Source: Malacoraja senta (lineage: Eukaryota). From it: a DNA stretch of 64,000 bases. The stretch lies in NCBI GenBank assembly GCA_038087875.1, contig CM075990.1, positions 18,106,001-18,170,000 of the forward strand, written 5' to 3'. This document shows positions 1-8,926 of this stretch, in pieces. The notes under the pieces were generated by a model. It searched no databases. It was not told the origin of the DNA and saw only the letters and a program-made list of their open reading frames with translations. Numbering within the stretch: the stretch's first letter is position 1; every line of letters starts with the position of its first letter. Both the position numbers and the translations under genes were made by a program.

Positions 1-217
1 GCACTCTTCCTTCTAAACTCCAGTGAATACAAGTCTATTCTTTTGAATCTTTCCTCATGTGACAGTCCCGCCATCCCAGGGATCAATCTCGCGAACCTAC
101 GCTGCACTGCCTCAATCACAAGGATGTCCTTCCTCAAAATAGGAGACCAAAACTCTACACAATACTCCAGATGTGGTCTCACCAGAGCCCTGTACAACTG
201 CAGAAGAACCTCTATAC
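1..217 (-). mobile_element. CR1 LINE ORF2 (RT C-terminal region) fragment
   Basis: Reverse complement closely resembles the CR1 ORF2 3' region at ~11980-12200 (RPHLEYCV.FWSP..RKD...RLIPG.....LGLYSLEFRR motifs). Confidence 0.85.
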
Positions 218-235
218 TGAAATCCTCTTGTTAGA

Positions 236-823
236 GTGATGGGAACCCCCTCTTTCCCTGCACTCCCCACCCTGGTGATAGGAACCCCCTCTTTCCCAGC
301 ATGCCCCCCCCACCTTGGTGATGGGAACCCCACTCTTTGCATTCCCCCACCCTGGAGATGGGAACCCCCTCTTTCCCTGCACCCCCCACCCTGGTGATGG
401 GAACCCCCTCTTTCCCTGCACCCCCACCCTGGTGATAGGAACCCCCTCTTTCACTGCACTCCCCCCCACCCTGGTGATGGGAACCCCCTCTTTCCCTGCA
501 CTCCCCACTCTGGTGATAGGAACCCCCTCTTTCCGAGCACCTCACCCTGGTGATGGAAACCCCATCTTTCCCCCCCACCCCGGTGATTGGAACCCCCTCT
601 TTCCCTGCATCCCCCTACCCTGGTAATGGGAACCCCATCTTTCCCTGCACCCCACACCCTGGTGATGGGAACCCCATCTTTCCCTGCACCCCCCACCCTG
701 ATGATGGGAACCCCATCTTTCCCTGCACTCCCACCCTGGTGATGGGAACCCCATCCTTCCCTGCACCCCCCCCCAACCCTGATGATGGGAACCCCCTCTT
801 TCCCTGCACCCCCATCCTGGTGT
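236..823. repeat. ~39-bp C-rich minisatellite, ~15 copies
   Basis: Tandem unit GTGATGGGAACCCCCTCTTTCCCTGCACYCCCCACCCTG; the repetitive ORFs here reflect it. Confidence 0.95.
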
Positions 824-864
824 GAACACTTCCCTCAACACCTTGGTCACTCTGCTCCTTCCCT

Positions 865-1190
865 GTGTATGCTCACCTCCCAAACCAGTCTCATATTTCA
901 CTCTATCCCCTTCCACCCGTATCCCTCCCTCCAGCTTTACGTTTCACTCTTCTCATCTGTTGCACCTTTTGTCTCCTTGTCACCCCTAGCCAATGTCACA
1001 ACCCATCACCCTCTCCCCTGTATCCACTGATCATGTACCAGGCTTTGTCCTGCTCCCACCTCTTTCCCACTTTCTCAACCCAACTCCATCAGTCTGAAAG
1101 GGTCCCAACAGGAAACAACAGCATCTGTCCATTCCCTTTGTGGTCGGGTAGATGGTGCCTGATCTGCCAAGTACCTCCAGCACTTTGTTT
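865..1190 (+). repeat. Right arm of an old fold-back module (Penelope-like-derived short repeat)
   Basis: Similar to 4082-4382 and 14595-14913; ends in catcagtctga...gaaac...ctgtccattccc...ctccagcactttg. Confidence 0.7.
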
Positions 1191-1800
1191 TGGACCAGGT
1201 TACATCCCCTGGTTAAAGTAATCCTAGTTGGCTGCTGTTGCAGGGAAAGTAGTTTAATGTTGATGACACTTGAAGTCTCATTACAAATTATCAATCCAGC
1301 CGTTCACCCTACTATAGTTTTGGAATTTGTCTAAATCTACATTTGGTTTGAGTGTTTGTTGCCAGAATCCATTTCCTCTCCTCTCTGCTCTTTTGTGAAG
1401 GTGACCAATTAATGTTAGTTTCATTTCCACTTTCTCTACCCTACTCCATCAGTCTGAAGAAGGATCCCAACCTGAAACATCTGTCCATTCCCTTTGCAGG
1501 CAGGCAGATGTTGCCTGACCCACTGAGTACCTCCAGCACTTTGTTTTAGACCAGGTTACATCCCCTGGTTAAAGTCATCCTAGTTGGCTGCTGTTGCAGG
1601 GAAAGTAGTTTAATGTTGATGACACTTGTGTTTAAATCATTACAATTGGGTAATCTTGCCCCTTCCATTCACCCAACTGTAGCTTTGTTTGGAATTTGGT
1701 CTAAATCTATATTTGGTTTCGTATGTTTGTCTGTTGCCAGAATCCATTTCCTCTCCTCTCTGCTCCTTTCTAAAGGGGTGACCAATTAGTGTTAGTTTCC
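1083..1800. repeat. ~355-bp diverged tandem duplication (two copies; third homologue ~4285-4600)
   Basis: actccatcagtctga...gaccaggttacatcccctggttaaagt...gaccaatta.tgttagtttc occurs at ~1083-1421 and ~1443-1800. Confidence 0.85.
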
Positions 1801-2124
1801 ACCCAGGATCTCCAAAGACTGGGTCCTCTGATGCAGGAAGAGTCTGCCAGGGTTAGACTGTCTACCCCATTCTGCCAAATGTTGCATAAACTGGGTCAAA
1901 CTTCACTACTGTTCCTTTACTTGTACGTCTTATTTAATTCAAAGTATTTCTTGTCAATTAAAGTAGTATCTGGTTTGTCATGGTGTGTTTCTCCAGGTAT
2001 TTGTACTGCCTGTATGCTCTTATCTGTTTCTGTTTGTGCACAGGGTTTCAATGTCCATGGTAAAGGGCACAGTATCGGGGGCAGTGTCGGGGAGAACACT
2101 ACATGTGACATGGTACATTTCACA

Positions 2125-2734
2125 TTTAGAGACAGCGCAGAAACAGGCCCTTTGTTTGGCCCATAGAGTCTGCACCGACCAGCGATCCCCGCACATTAAC
2201 ACTATCCTACACACTAGGGACAATGTTGCATTTATACCAAGTCAATTAACCTACAAACCTGCACATCTTTGGATAGAAACATAGACAATAGGTGCAGGAG
2301 GAGGCCATTTGGCCCTTCGAGCCTGCACAGCCATTCAATATGATCATGGCTGATCATCCAACTCAGTATCCTGTACCTGTCTTCTCTCCATACCCCCTGA
2401 TCCCTTTAGCCACAATGGCTACATCTAACTCCCTCTTAAATATAGCCAATGAACTGGCCTCAACTACCTTCTGTGGCAGAGAGTTCCACAGATTCACCAC
2501 TCTCTGTGTAAAAAATGATTTTCTCATCTTGGTCCGAAAAGACTTCCCCCTTATCCTTAAACTGTGACCCCTTGTTCTGGACTTCCCCCAACATCGGGAA
2601 CAATCTTCCTGCATCTAGCCTGAAGATCTCTGAGAAAACCCACTTGGTCACTGGGAGAATGTACAAACTCCGTACAGAACCCATGTCTCTGGTGCTGTAA
2701 GGCAACAACTACCACTGTGCCACTGTGCTGCCCT
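2125..2734 (-). mobile_element. HE1/V-type tRNA-derived SINE, interrupted by a CR1 3' fragment
   Basis: Reverse complement matches the SINE at 6163-6420 (gggcagcacagtgg head, ccctagtgtgtaggatagtg core, ggcctgtttc tail); split at ~2273/2621. Confidence 0.8.
2274..2620 (-). mobile_element. 5'-truncated CR1 LINE 3' end nested in the SINE
   Basis: ORF 2363-2614 encodes RTRGHSLRIRGKSFRT..FFTQRVVNLWNSLP; 3'UTR with gcacctattgtctatgtttcta tail, like 12240-12592. Confidence 0.9.
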
Positions 2735-3617
2735 TCAACAAAGCTGACATGTTGCTGTGCCAGGGAATTACAGTAGTCAATGTATTCTGCTACCCTGTAG
2801 GGTTCACTACAATCCTTTCAATGGTTGATCCTGTTTCTCACGACATTTAATCTCAATTGGAATCTCTTCCTCTCTAGGTGTCCAGTGTGAAGGAGGATGT
2901 CGGCAGACTTCAAGTCACTAACGTGACATTGGTTTGTTTTGTATAAAACTTGTTCTATGTGAATATGGTTATGGAGTTGGTACAAAGGTAAGGCCCCTGT
3001 TTAGAACCTTCTCTTGGGCTTCAGTGTGGATGAAGGTTTGGGAAAGATTAAGAGGTGTTTTCTCTAATTGGGCTCAGCCTGTCTCGGCTTGGGGCCCACT
3101 TTAGTTTAAAGATTACATTTCCCCTCCCCCTCGTTAAGGTTTATTCACTAAAGTTGTGGTCTGGGCCTACTTGAAGGAGTTTAACAGGGACCACTGGTAT
3201 GTACTTGTGTCTCTATTTAGTAGTGAGTTTCTGCCTGTACCTGGGGCTGTTGGTCAGGGTGGGGACAGTGAGGGGGATGTATGGGGGGTGAGATATTGGT
3301 TCCACATGCCAATGTGGTGGATTCCCCTCCATCAGCATGATACCAATGATCACCTTCTCCTGTCAGCACTTGACTGGATGGCACTGCCTTCTGTCTCTGG
3401 ACTTTGCGTGGTGTGTTCTTGTGCTTGAGGAAACGATGACCTGAAGACTCGTCCAATCTGAGGTCTTGGCTGGGGAACGGCCACTTTGGTCTGACCCATG
3501 AGATCATTACCCTTGTCCAAATCTACTTGCCTTCATTATACTCCCCACTTCCTCATTGTCTTGGCCCTCATCCCAACAGGGATTTATTCTGAGTTTTGGC
3601 CATGCCATGGAACAAAT

Positions 3618-4382
3618 AAACAGTGCTGGCAGAACTGAGTGGGTCAGGCAACATATGTAGAGGAAATGGACAGATGACTTGGCTTGGAAGCCTTCAGACT
3701 GGAGTAGTGGGAGAAGGTTGGAAAAGGGAAATGGTGCAAAGCTTGGCAAGTGATGGGTGGATACAGGTGAAGGGATGAATTGCAGATGGTGGAGAAAAGG
3801 ACAAAGGCTAGAGGTGAAAATGTGACAAAACATTCCAGAGGTGTGAAATGTAAAGCTGGAGCGAGGTTTGTGGGTGTAATGGGGCGGGTCTGCGGGTGTA
3901 ATGGGACGGGTCTGCGGGTGTAATGGGACGGGTATAATGGGACCAGAAGGGATAAAAGGGAAGGTGATTTCGAGATGGGGATGAGTGTACTGATGAAGGG
4001 ACATCACCTCTTTCCCTACACTCCCCACCCTGGTGTGCCTCTCACTCAACACTCCGGTCACCCTACTCCTTTCCCCTCTAATGTACGCTCATCCTTGTCC
4101 CACATTCCTGTCTTTCCCAGATCCCTCCCTCTGGCTTTGCATGTCACACCTCTTCTTGTCTGATATTTGTCTCCTCTTCACCTCCAGCCTTTGTCATTAC
4201 TCCCCTCTCTACTAATCAGTCCCAACTGTATCTAGCATCACTCACCAGGCTTTGTCCTGCTCCCATCTCTTTCCAGCTTTCTCCCAGCTCCATCAGTCTG
4301 AAGAAAGATCCTGATCTGAAACATCTGTCCATTCCTTTGCAGTCGGGCAGAGGGTGCCTGACCCACTGAGTACCTCCAGCAC
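3618..4382. repeat. Old fold-back module (inverted Penelope-like-derived arms 3618-3990 and 4082-4382)
   Basis: Left arm ends gatgagtgtac, right arm starts tgtacgctcatc; outer ends cagtgctgg / ccagcac are complementary. Confidence 0.75.
3872..3933. repeat. 22-bp tandem repeat, ~3 copies
   Basis: gggtgtaatgggrcgggtctgc repeated. Confidence 0.85.
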
Positions 4383-5067
4383 GGTTTCTGACCTCGTTAT
4401 TCCTTGGTTAAAGTTATCCTAGGGAAAGTGAGTTTAATAGTCATGGCTCTTGAGTCTTATTACAATTTACCCATCCTGCCCCTTCCATTCACCCTACTGT
4501 AGTTCTTTAAAGTCGGTCTATATATTTGGTTTGGCGAGTGTCTGCGTTGCTGCAATCTGTTTGCTTTCTGCTTTCATCCTCTGAATAATTTGTTAATTTC
4601 TACCCAGGATCCCCAAGGACTGGACCTGTGTTGCTGGAAGTATCTGCTGGGGTTACAGTCTTCCCTTTTCTGCCAAATGTTGGTGTAAGATGGAATAAAC
4701 TTCTTCCCCATTGCTGTTCTCCTGATACACAAGTCTCATTTAATTCAATGTTTTTGTCGGTTAAAGTAGAGTCTGGTCTGTTGCGGTCGGGTTTCCTCTG
4801 ACATTGTGAACTGCTGCACGCCCTGTAACGTTCCTGCAACCTTATCCAGTCTATCTGGATTTGATCTTCATGGAGATGGTGTGAAGGTAAGCCTCCTATT
4901 TCAACCCCTCTTTTGGTTTCAGTGGGATAAGCTTTTGAAAGATTAACAATGGGGTTTCCTATTTATTTTTGGTCAAGGGTTTTATAATTCAGGATGCTGG
5001 ATCTTTAGCAATAAAAGCAGAGGTGGAGGAACTCGATGGGTCCGGCAGCATCTGTAGGCTGGCTCGG

Positions 5068-5348
5068 AGATTTGTAGGTTAATTGGTTTTAGTAAACTGT
5101 CCCTAGTGTGTAGGATAGTGCTGGTGTACGGGGTGATCGCTGGATTGTGCAGGATAGTGCTAGTGTATGGGGTGATCGCTGGATTGTGCAGGATAGTGCT
5201 GGTGTACGGGGTGATCGCTGGATTGTGTAGGATAGTGCTGGTGTACGGGGTGATCGCTGGATTGTGTAGGATAGTGCTAGTGTACGGGGTGATCGCTGGA
5301 TTGTGCAGACTCGGTGGGCCAGACGGCCTGTTTCCACACTATCTGTAA
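5068..5348 (+). mobile_element. 3' part of an HE1/V-type SINE with a 39-bp internal unit repeated 5 times
   Basis: gtgtaggatagtgctggtgtacggggtgatcgctggatt x5 (~5108-5302), followed by the ggcctgtttccacact tail. Confidence 0.85.
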
Positions 5349-5401
5349 TTATTTTTTATTCACGGTTCTTTCAATTCGGGGCGCTGGAATCTTGAGCATA
5401 A

Positions 5402-5958
5402 ACAACAGTGCTGGAGGAACTTGGTGGGTCAGGCAGTAACTGAAGAAATGGACAGATGACTAATCAGGTCGGGAGCCTTCAGACTGAATTACGGGAGAAA
5501 GCTGGAAATGAGGTGGGGGTGGGGCAGGGGCAGGGGCACTGCCTGACAGGTGATGGGTGGATACAGGTGAGTGGGTAATGGGCAGATGGGTGGAGTAAGT
5601 GACAAAGGCTGAAGGTGAAAGTGATAAAATATGTTGGATAAGGACAAGAACTGTGAAATGTAAAGCCATAGGGAGGTGGGTTGGGAAGGTAAAAGGGAAA
5701 TGTGGGACAAGGAGATGGGAGATGAGTGTACTTCCCTTCACCCCCCAAACACCCTGGTGTGCTAATTGACTGACTAACTAACTAATTAACTCACTAATTA
5801 ACTCACTAACTAACTAACCAACTAACACTGGTCCTTTCCCTTCCTCTGTACGCTCATCTCTCAAACAGGAAAGTTGCTGACCTGAGATGTCATCTGTCCA
5901 TTCCACTTGCAGTCAGGCAGATTGTGCTTGAACTGCTGAATGCCTCCAGCACTTTGTC
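5402..5958. repeat. Fold-back module with (CTAA)n-like loop; right arm internally deleted
   Basis: Left arm 5402-5731, loop with ctaactaact repeats 5762-5826, short right arm 5847-5958. Confidence 0.75.
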
Positions 5959-6162
5959 TTTAGACAGAGACATATTCCCTGGTTAATGTAATTGTAGTTG
6001 TCTCCTGTTACAGGGAAAGTAGTTTAATATTTGTGGTGTATTAATTTGACTGTTTTGTACATCTTTGTCAGCTCTTGGGATCTGGTCTTTCTGGCGATTA
6101 CTGTAAGGTAAGGCCCCTGTTTCAAAACCTCTCTTGGGTTTCAGTGTTTGGGGGAAAGATTA

Positions 6163-6420
6163 GGCAGCACAGTGGTAGAGTTGCTGCCTCACAGCGCCAG
6201 AGACCTGGGTTCAATCCTGACAACATGTGTTGTTTGTATGTTCTGCCTGTGACAATGTGGGTTTTCTCCAGGTGTTCTGGCTTCCAACACCAAAGACATT
6301 CAGATTTGCAGGTTAATTGGTTTTAGTAAACTGTCCCTAGTGTGTAGGATAGTGCTCGTGTACGGGGTGATTGCTGGATTGTGGTGACTTGGTGGACCAG
6401 AGGGCCTGTTTCCACACTTT
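6163..6420 (+). mobile_element. HE1/V-type tRNA-derived SINE (copies ~21644-21901, 37124-37381, 54897-55154)
   Basis: tRNA-like head with A-box-like cagtggtagag and B-box-like gggttcaatcc, central gggttttctcc core, 3' ggcctgtttcc tail shared with the adjacent LINE. Confidence 0.8.
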
Positions 6421-6451
6421 AGTTGGTCTTAATGTATTTATATTAGTACAA

Positions 6452-6640
6452 TGTGAAGAAGGGTCCTGTTCTGAAACGTCACCTATAAATGTTCTGCAGA
6501 GATGCTGCCTGACCAGCTGAGTTACTCCAGCACTCCATGAAACGTCACCTATAAATGTTCTCCAGAGATGCTGCCTGACCTGCTGAGTTACTCCAGCACT
6601 GTCTATTTTTTTGTAAACCAGCACCTGCAGTTCCTTGATT
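6452..6640 (+). repeat. Penelope-like-derived short repeat with a 66-bp tandem duplication (present in all four units)
   Basis: tgaagaagggtcc..tgaaacgtcacc...agagatgctgcctgacc..ctgagttactccagcact; tgaaacgtcacc at 6472 and 6538. Confidence 0.65.
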
Positions 6641-6828
6641 TTCATCCCAAATCTTCCCTGGTTTCAGGGCTTTTACAAACTTTGGCATCTGTACAATGGG
6701 TGAATTACAGGGAAAGGAAACGGGTCACAGACCAATAAAGCACCATTTTGCAGTAAAGAGAACAATTATATCTAATTTGAGGACAGCAGTCCCAATGTGC
6801 AGTGAATTTGTACAACAGGTCGCTCCAA

Positions 6829-6984
6829 TTTGTGGTCAACACTCCCACCGTGTGGTGATCCGCTGCACTGCAGGCCCATCCAGTTTGTGGTGAACACTCC
6901 CACCGTGTGGTGATCCGCTGCACTGCAGACCCATCCAGTTTGTGGTCAACACTCCCACCGTGTGGTGATCCGCTGCACTGCAGG
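6829..6984. repeat. 55-bp tandem repeat, ~2.8 copies (present in all four units)
   Basis: tttgtggtcaacactcccaccgtgtggtgatccgctgcactgcaggcccatccag starts at 6829, 6884 and 6939. Confidence 0.95.
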
Positions 6985-7097
6985 TCCATGTGACGTGGAC
7001 AAAGTACTAGTTTAACTCTGGTCAGGCAGCATCTCTGGAGAACGTAGACAGGAGTATCTTTTTGTCCACATTTACTGCATTGCACCGCATACCGCAC

Positions 7098-7220
7098 AGT
7101 GAGGAATTTCTTTAGTCGGAGGGCGGTGAATCTGTAGAATTCACTGCTACAGAAGGCTGTAGAGGCTGTCGATGGATATTTTTAAATTGGAGATAGATTC
7201 TTGATTAGCAATGGCGTTAA
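7098..7220 (+). mobile_element. Decayed CR1 3' ORF2 fragment
   Basis: gaggaatttctttagtcggagggcggtgaatctgtagaattcactgctacagaaggctgtagaggc resembles the CR1 FF.QRVVNLWNSLP.K.VEA region. Confidence 0.7.
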
Positions 7221-8926
7221 CCATATAACATATAACAATTACAGCACGGAAACAGGCCATCTCGGCCCTTCAAGTCCATGCCAAACACTTTTTCTCCCCT
7301 AGTCCCATCTACCTGCACTCAGACCATAACCCTCCATTCCTTTCCCATCCATATACCCATCCAATCTATTTTTAAATGATAAAATCGAACCTGCCTCCAC
7401 CACTTCCACTGGAAGCTCATTCCACACAGCTACCACTCTCTTTGAGTAAAGAAGTTCCCCTAATGTTACCCCTAAACTTCTGTCCCTTAATTCTCAAGTC
7501 ATGTCCCCCTTGTTTGAATCTTCCCCACTCTCAATGGGAAAAGCTTATCCACGTCAACTCTGTCTATCCCTCTCATCATTTTAAAGATCTCTATCAAGTC
7601 CCCCCTTAACCTTCTGCGCTCCAAAGAATAAAGACCTAACTTGTTCAGCCTTTCTCTGTAATTTAGTTGCTGAAACCCAGGCAACATGCTCGTAAATCTC
7701 CTCTGTACTCTCTCTATTTTGTTGACATCCTTCCTATAATTAGGCAACCAAAATTGTACTCCATACTCCAGAATTGGCCTCACCAATGCCTTGTACAATT
7801 TTAAAATTACATCCCAACTTCTATACTCAATGCTCTGATTTATAAAGGCCAGCACACCAAAAGCTTTCTTTACCACCCTATCTACATGAGATTCCACCTT
7901 CAGGGAACTATGCACAGTTATTCCTAGATCCCTCTGTTCAACTGCATTCCTCAATTCGCTACCATTTACCATGTACGTCATATTTTGATTTGTCCTGCCA
8001 AGATGTAGCACCTCACATTTATCAGCATTAAACTCCATCTGCCATCTTTCAGCCCACTCTTCCAAATGGCCTAAATCTCTCTGTAGACTTTGAAAATCTA
8101 CTTCATTATCCACAACACCACCTATCTTAGTATCATCTGCATACTTACTAATCCAAATTTCCACACCATCATCCAGATCATTGATGTACATGACAAACAA
8201 CAGTGGACCCAACAGACCCCTGAGGCACCCCACGAGTCACCGGCCTCCAACCTGACAAACAGCCATCCACCATTACTCTCTGGCATCTCCCATTCAGCCA
8301 CTGTTGAATCCATCTTGCTACTCCACCATTAATACCCAACAATTGAATCTTCTTAACCAGCCTTCCATGTCAAAGACCTTGTCAAAGGCCTTACTGAAGT
8401 CCATATAGACAACATCCACTGCTTTACCCTCATCAATTTCCCTAATAACCTCTTTGAAAAATTCTAGAAGATTAGTCAAACATGACCTTCCAGGCACAAA
8501 TCCATGTTGACTGTTCTTAATCAGACCCTGTTTATCCAGATGCTTATATATATTATCCCTAAGTATCCTTTCCATTAATTTGCCCACCACTGACGTCAAA
8601 GTAACAGGTCTATAATTGCTAGGTTTACTCTTAGAACCCTTTTTAAACAATGGAACAACATGCGCAGTACGCCAATCCTCCGGCACTATTCCAGTTTCTA
8701 ATGACATTTGAAATATTTCTGTCATAGCCCCTGCTATTTCTACACTAACTTCCCTCAATGTCCTAGGGAATATCCTGTCGGGACCTGGAGACTTATCCGT
8801 TTTCATATTTTTCAAAAGTGTCCACACCTCCTCTTCTTTGAATCTCATAGTTTCCATCGCTACTCTGCTTGTTTCCCTTACCTCGCATAATTCCATATCG
8901 TTCTCCTTGGTGAATACCGAAGAAAA
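7221..8926 (-). mobile_element. 5'-truncated CR1 LINE (HER1-like), frameshifted RT
   Basis: ORFs 8318-9004 (NYRPVTL, QHGF, YMDFSKAFD) and 7499-8233 (LGPLLF..YINDL, YADD); (TGTTATA)n-like tail at 7221-7240. Confidence 0.92.

Noticed and set aside
2872..2925. ctag|GTGTCCAGTGTGA resembles an immunoglobulin VH leader/V-exon start
   Set aside because: Frame stops after a few codons (CEGGCRQTSSH*); no V-domain Cys/Trp pattern and no RSS; the segment is homologous to non-coding module sequence.
2960..2993. YGYGVGTK|gtaag looks like an Ig/TCR J segment
   Set aside because: No FGxG/WGxG motif, no upstream nonamer-heptamer RSS, and paralogues do not keep the peptide.
2994..3121. Hairpin-AGATTA-hairpin-ACAttt, H/ACA snoRNA-like layout
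   Set aside because: Starts only ~6 nt after the donor-like site; second hairpin and ACA are absent in the paralogues at ~4890 and ~6115. Needs snoReport/Rfam support.
236..6984. Short tandem arrays (39 bp, 39 bp, 55 bp) as CRISPR-like arrays
   Set aside because: No unique spacers, no cas genes, eukaryotic context.
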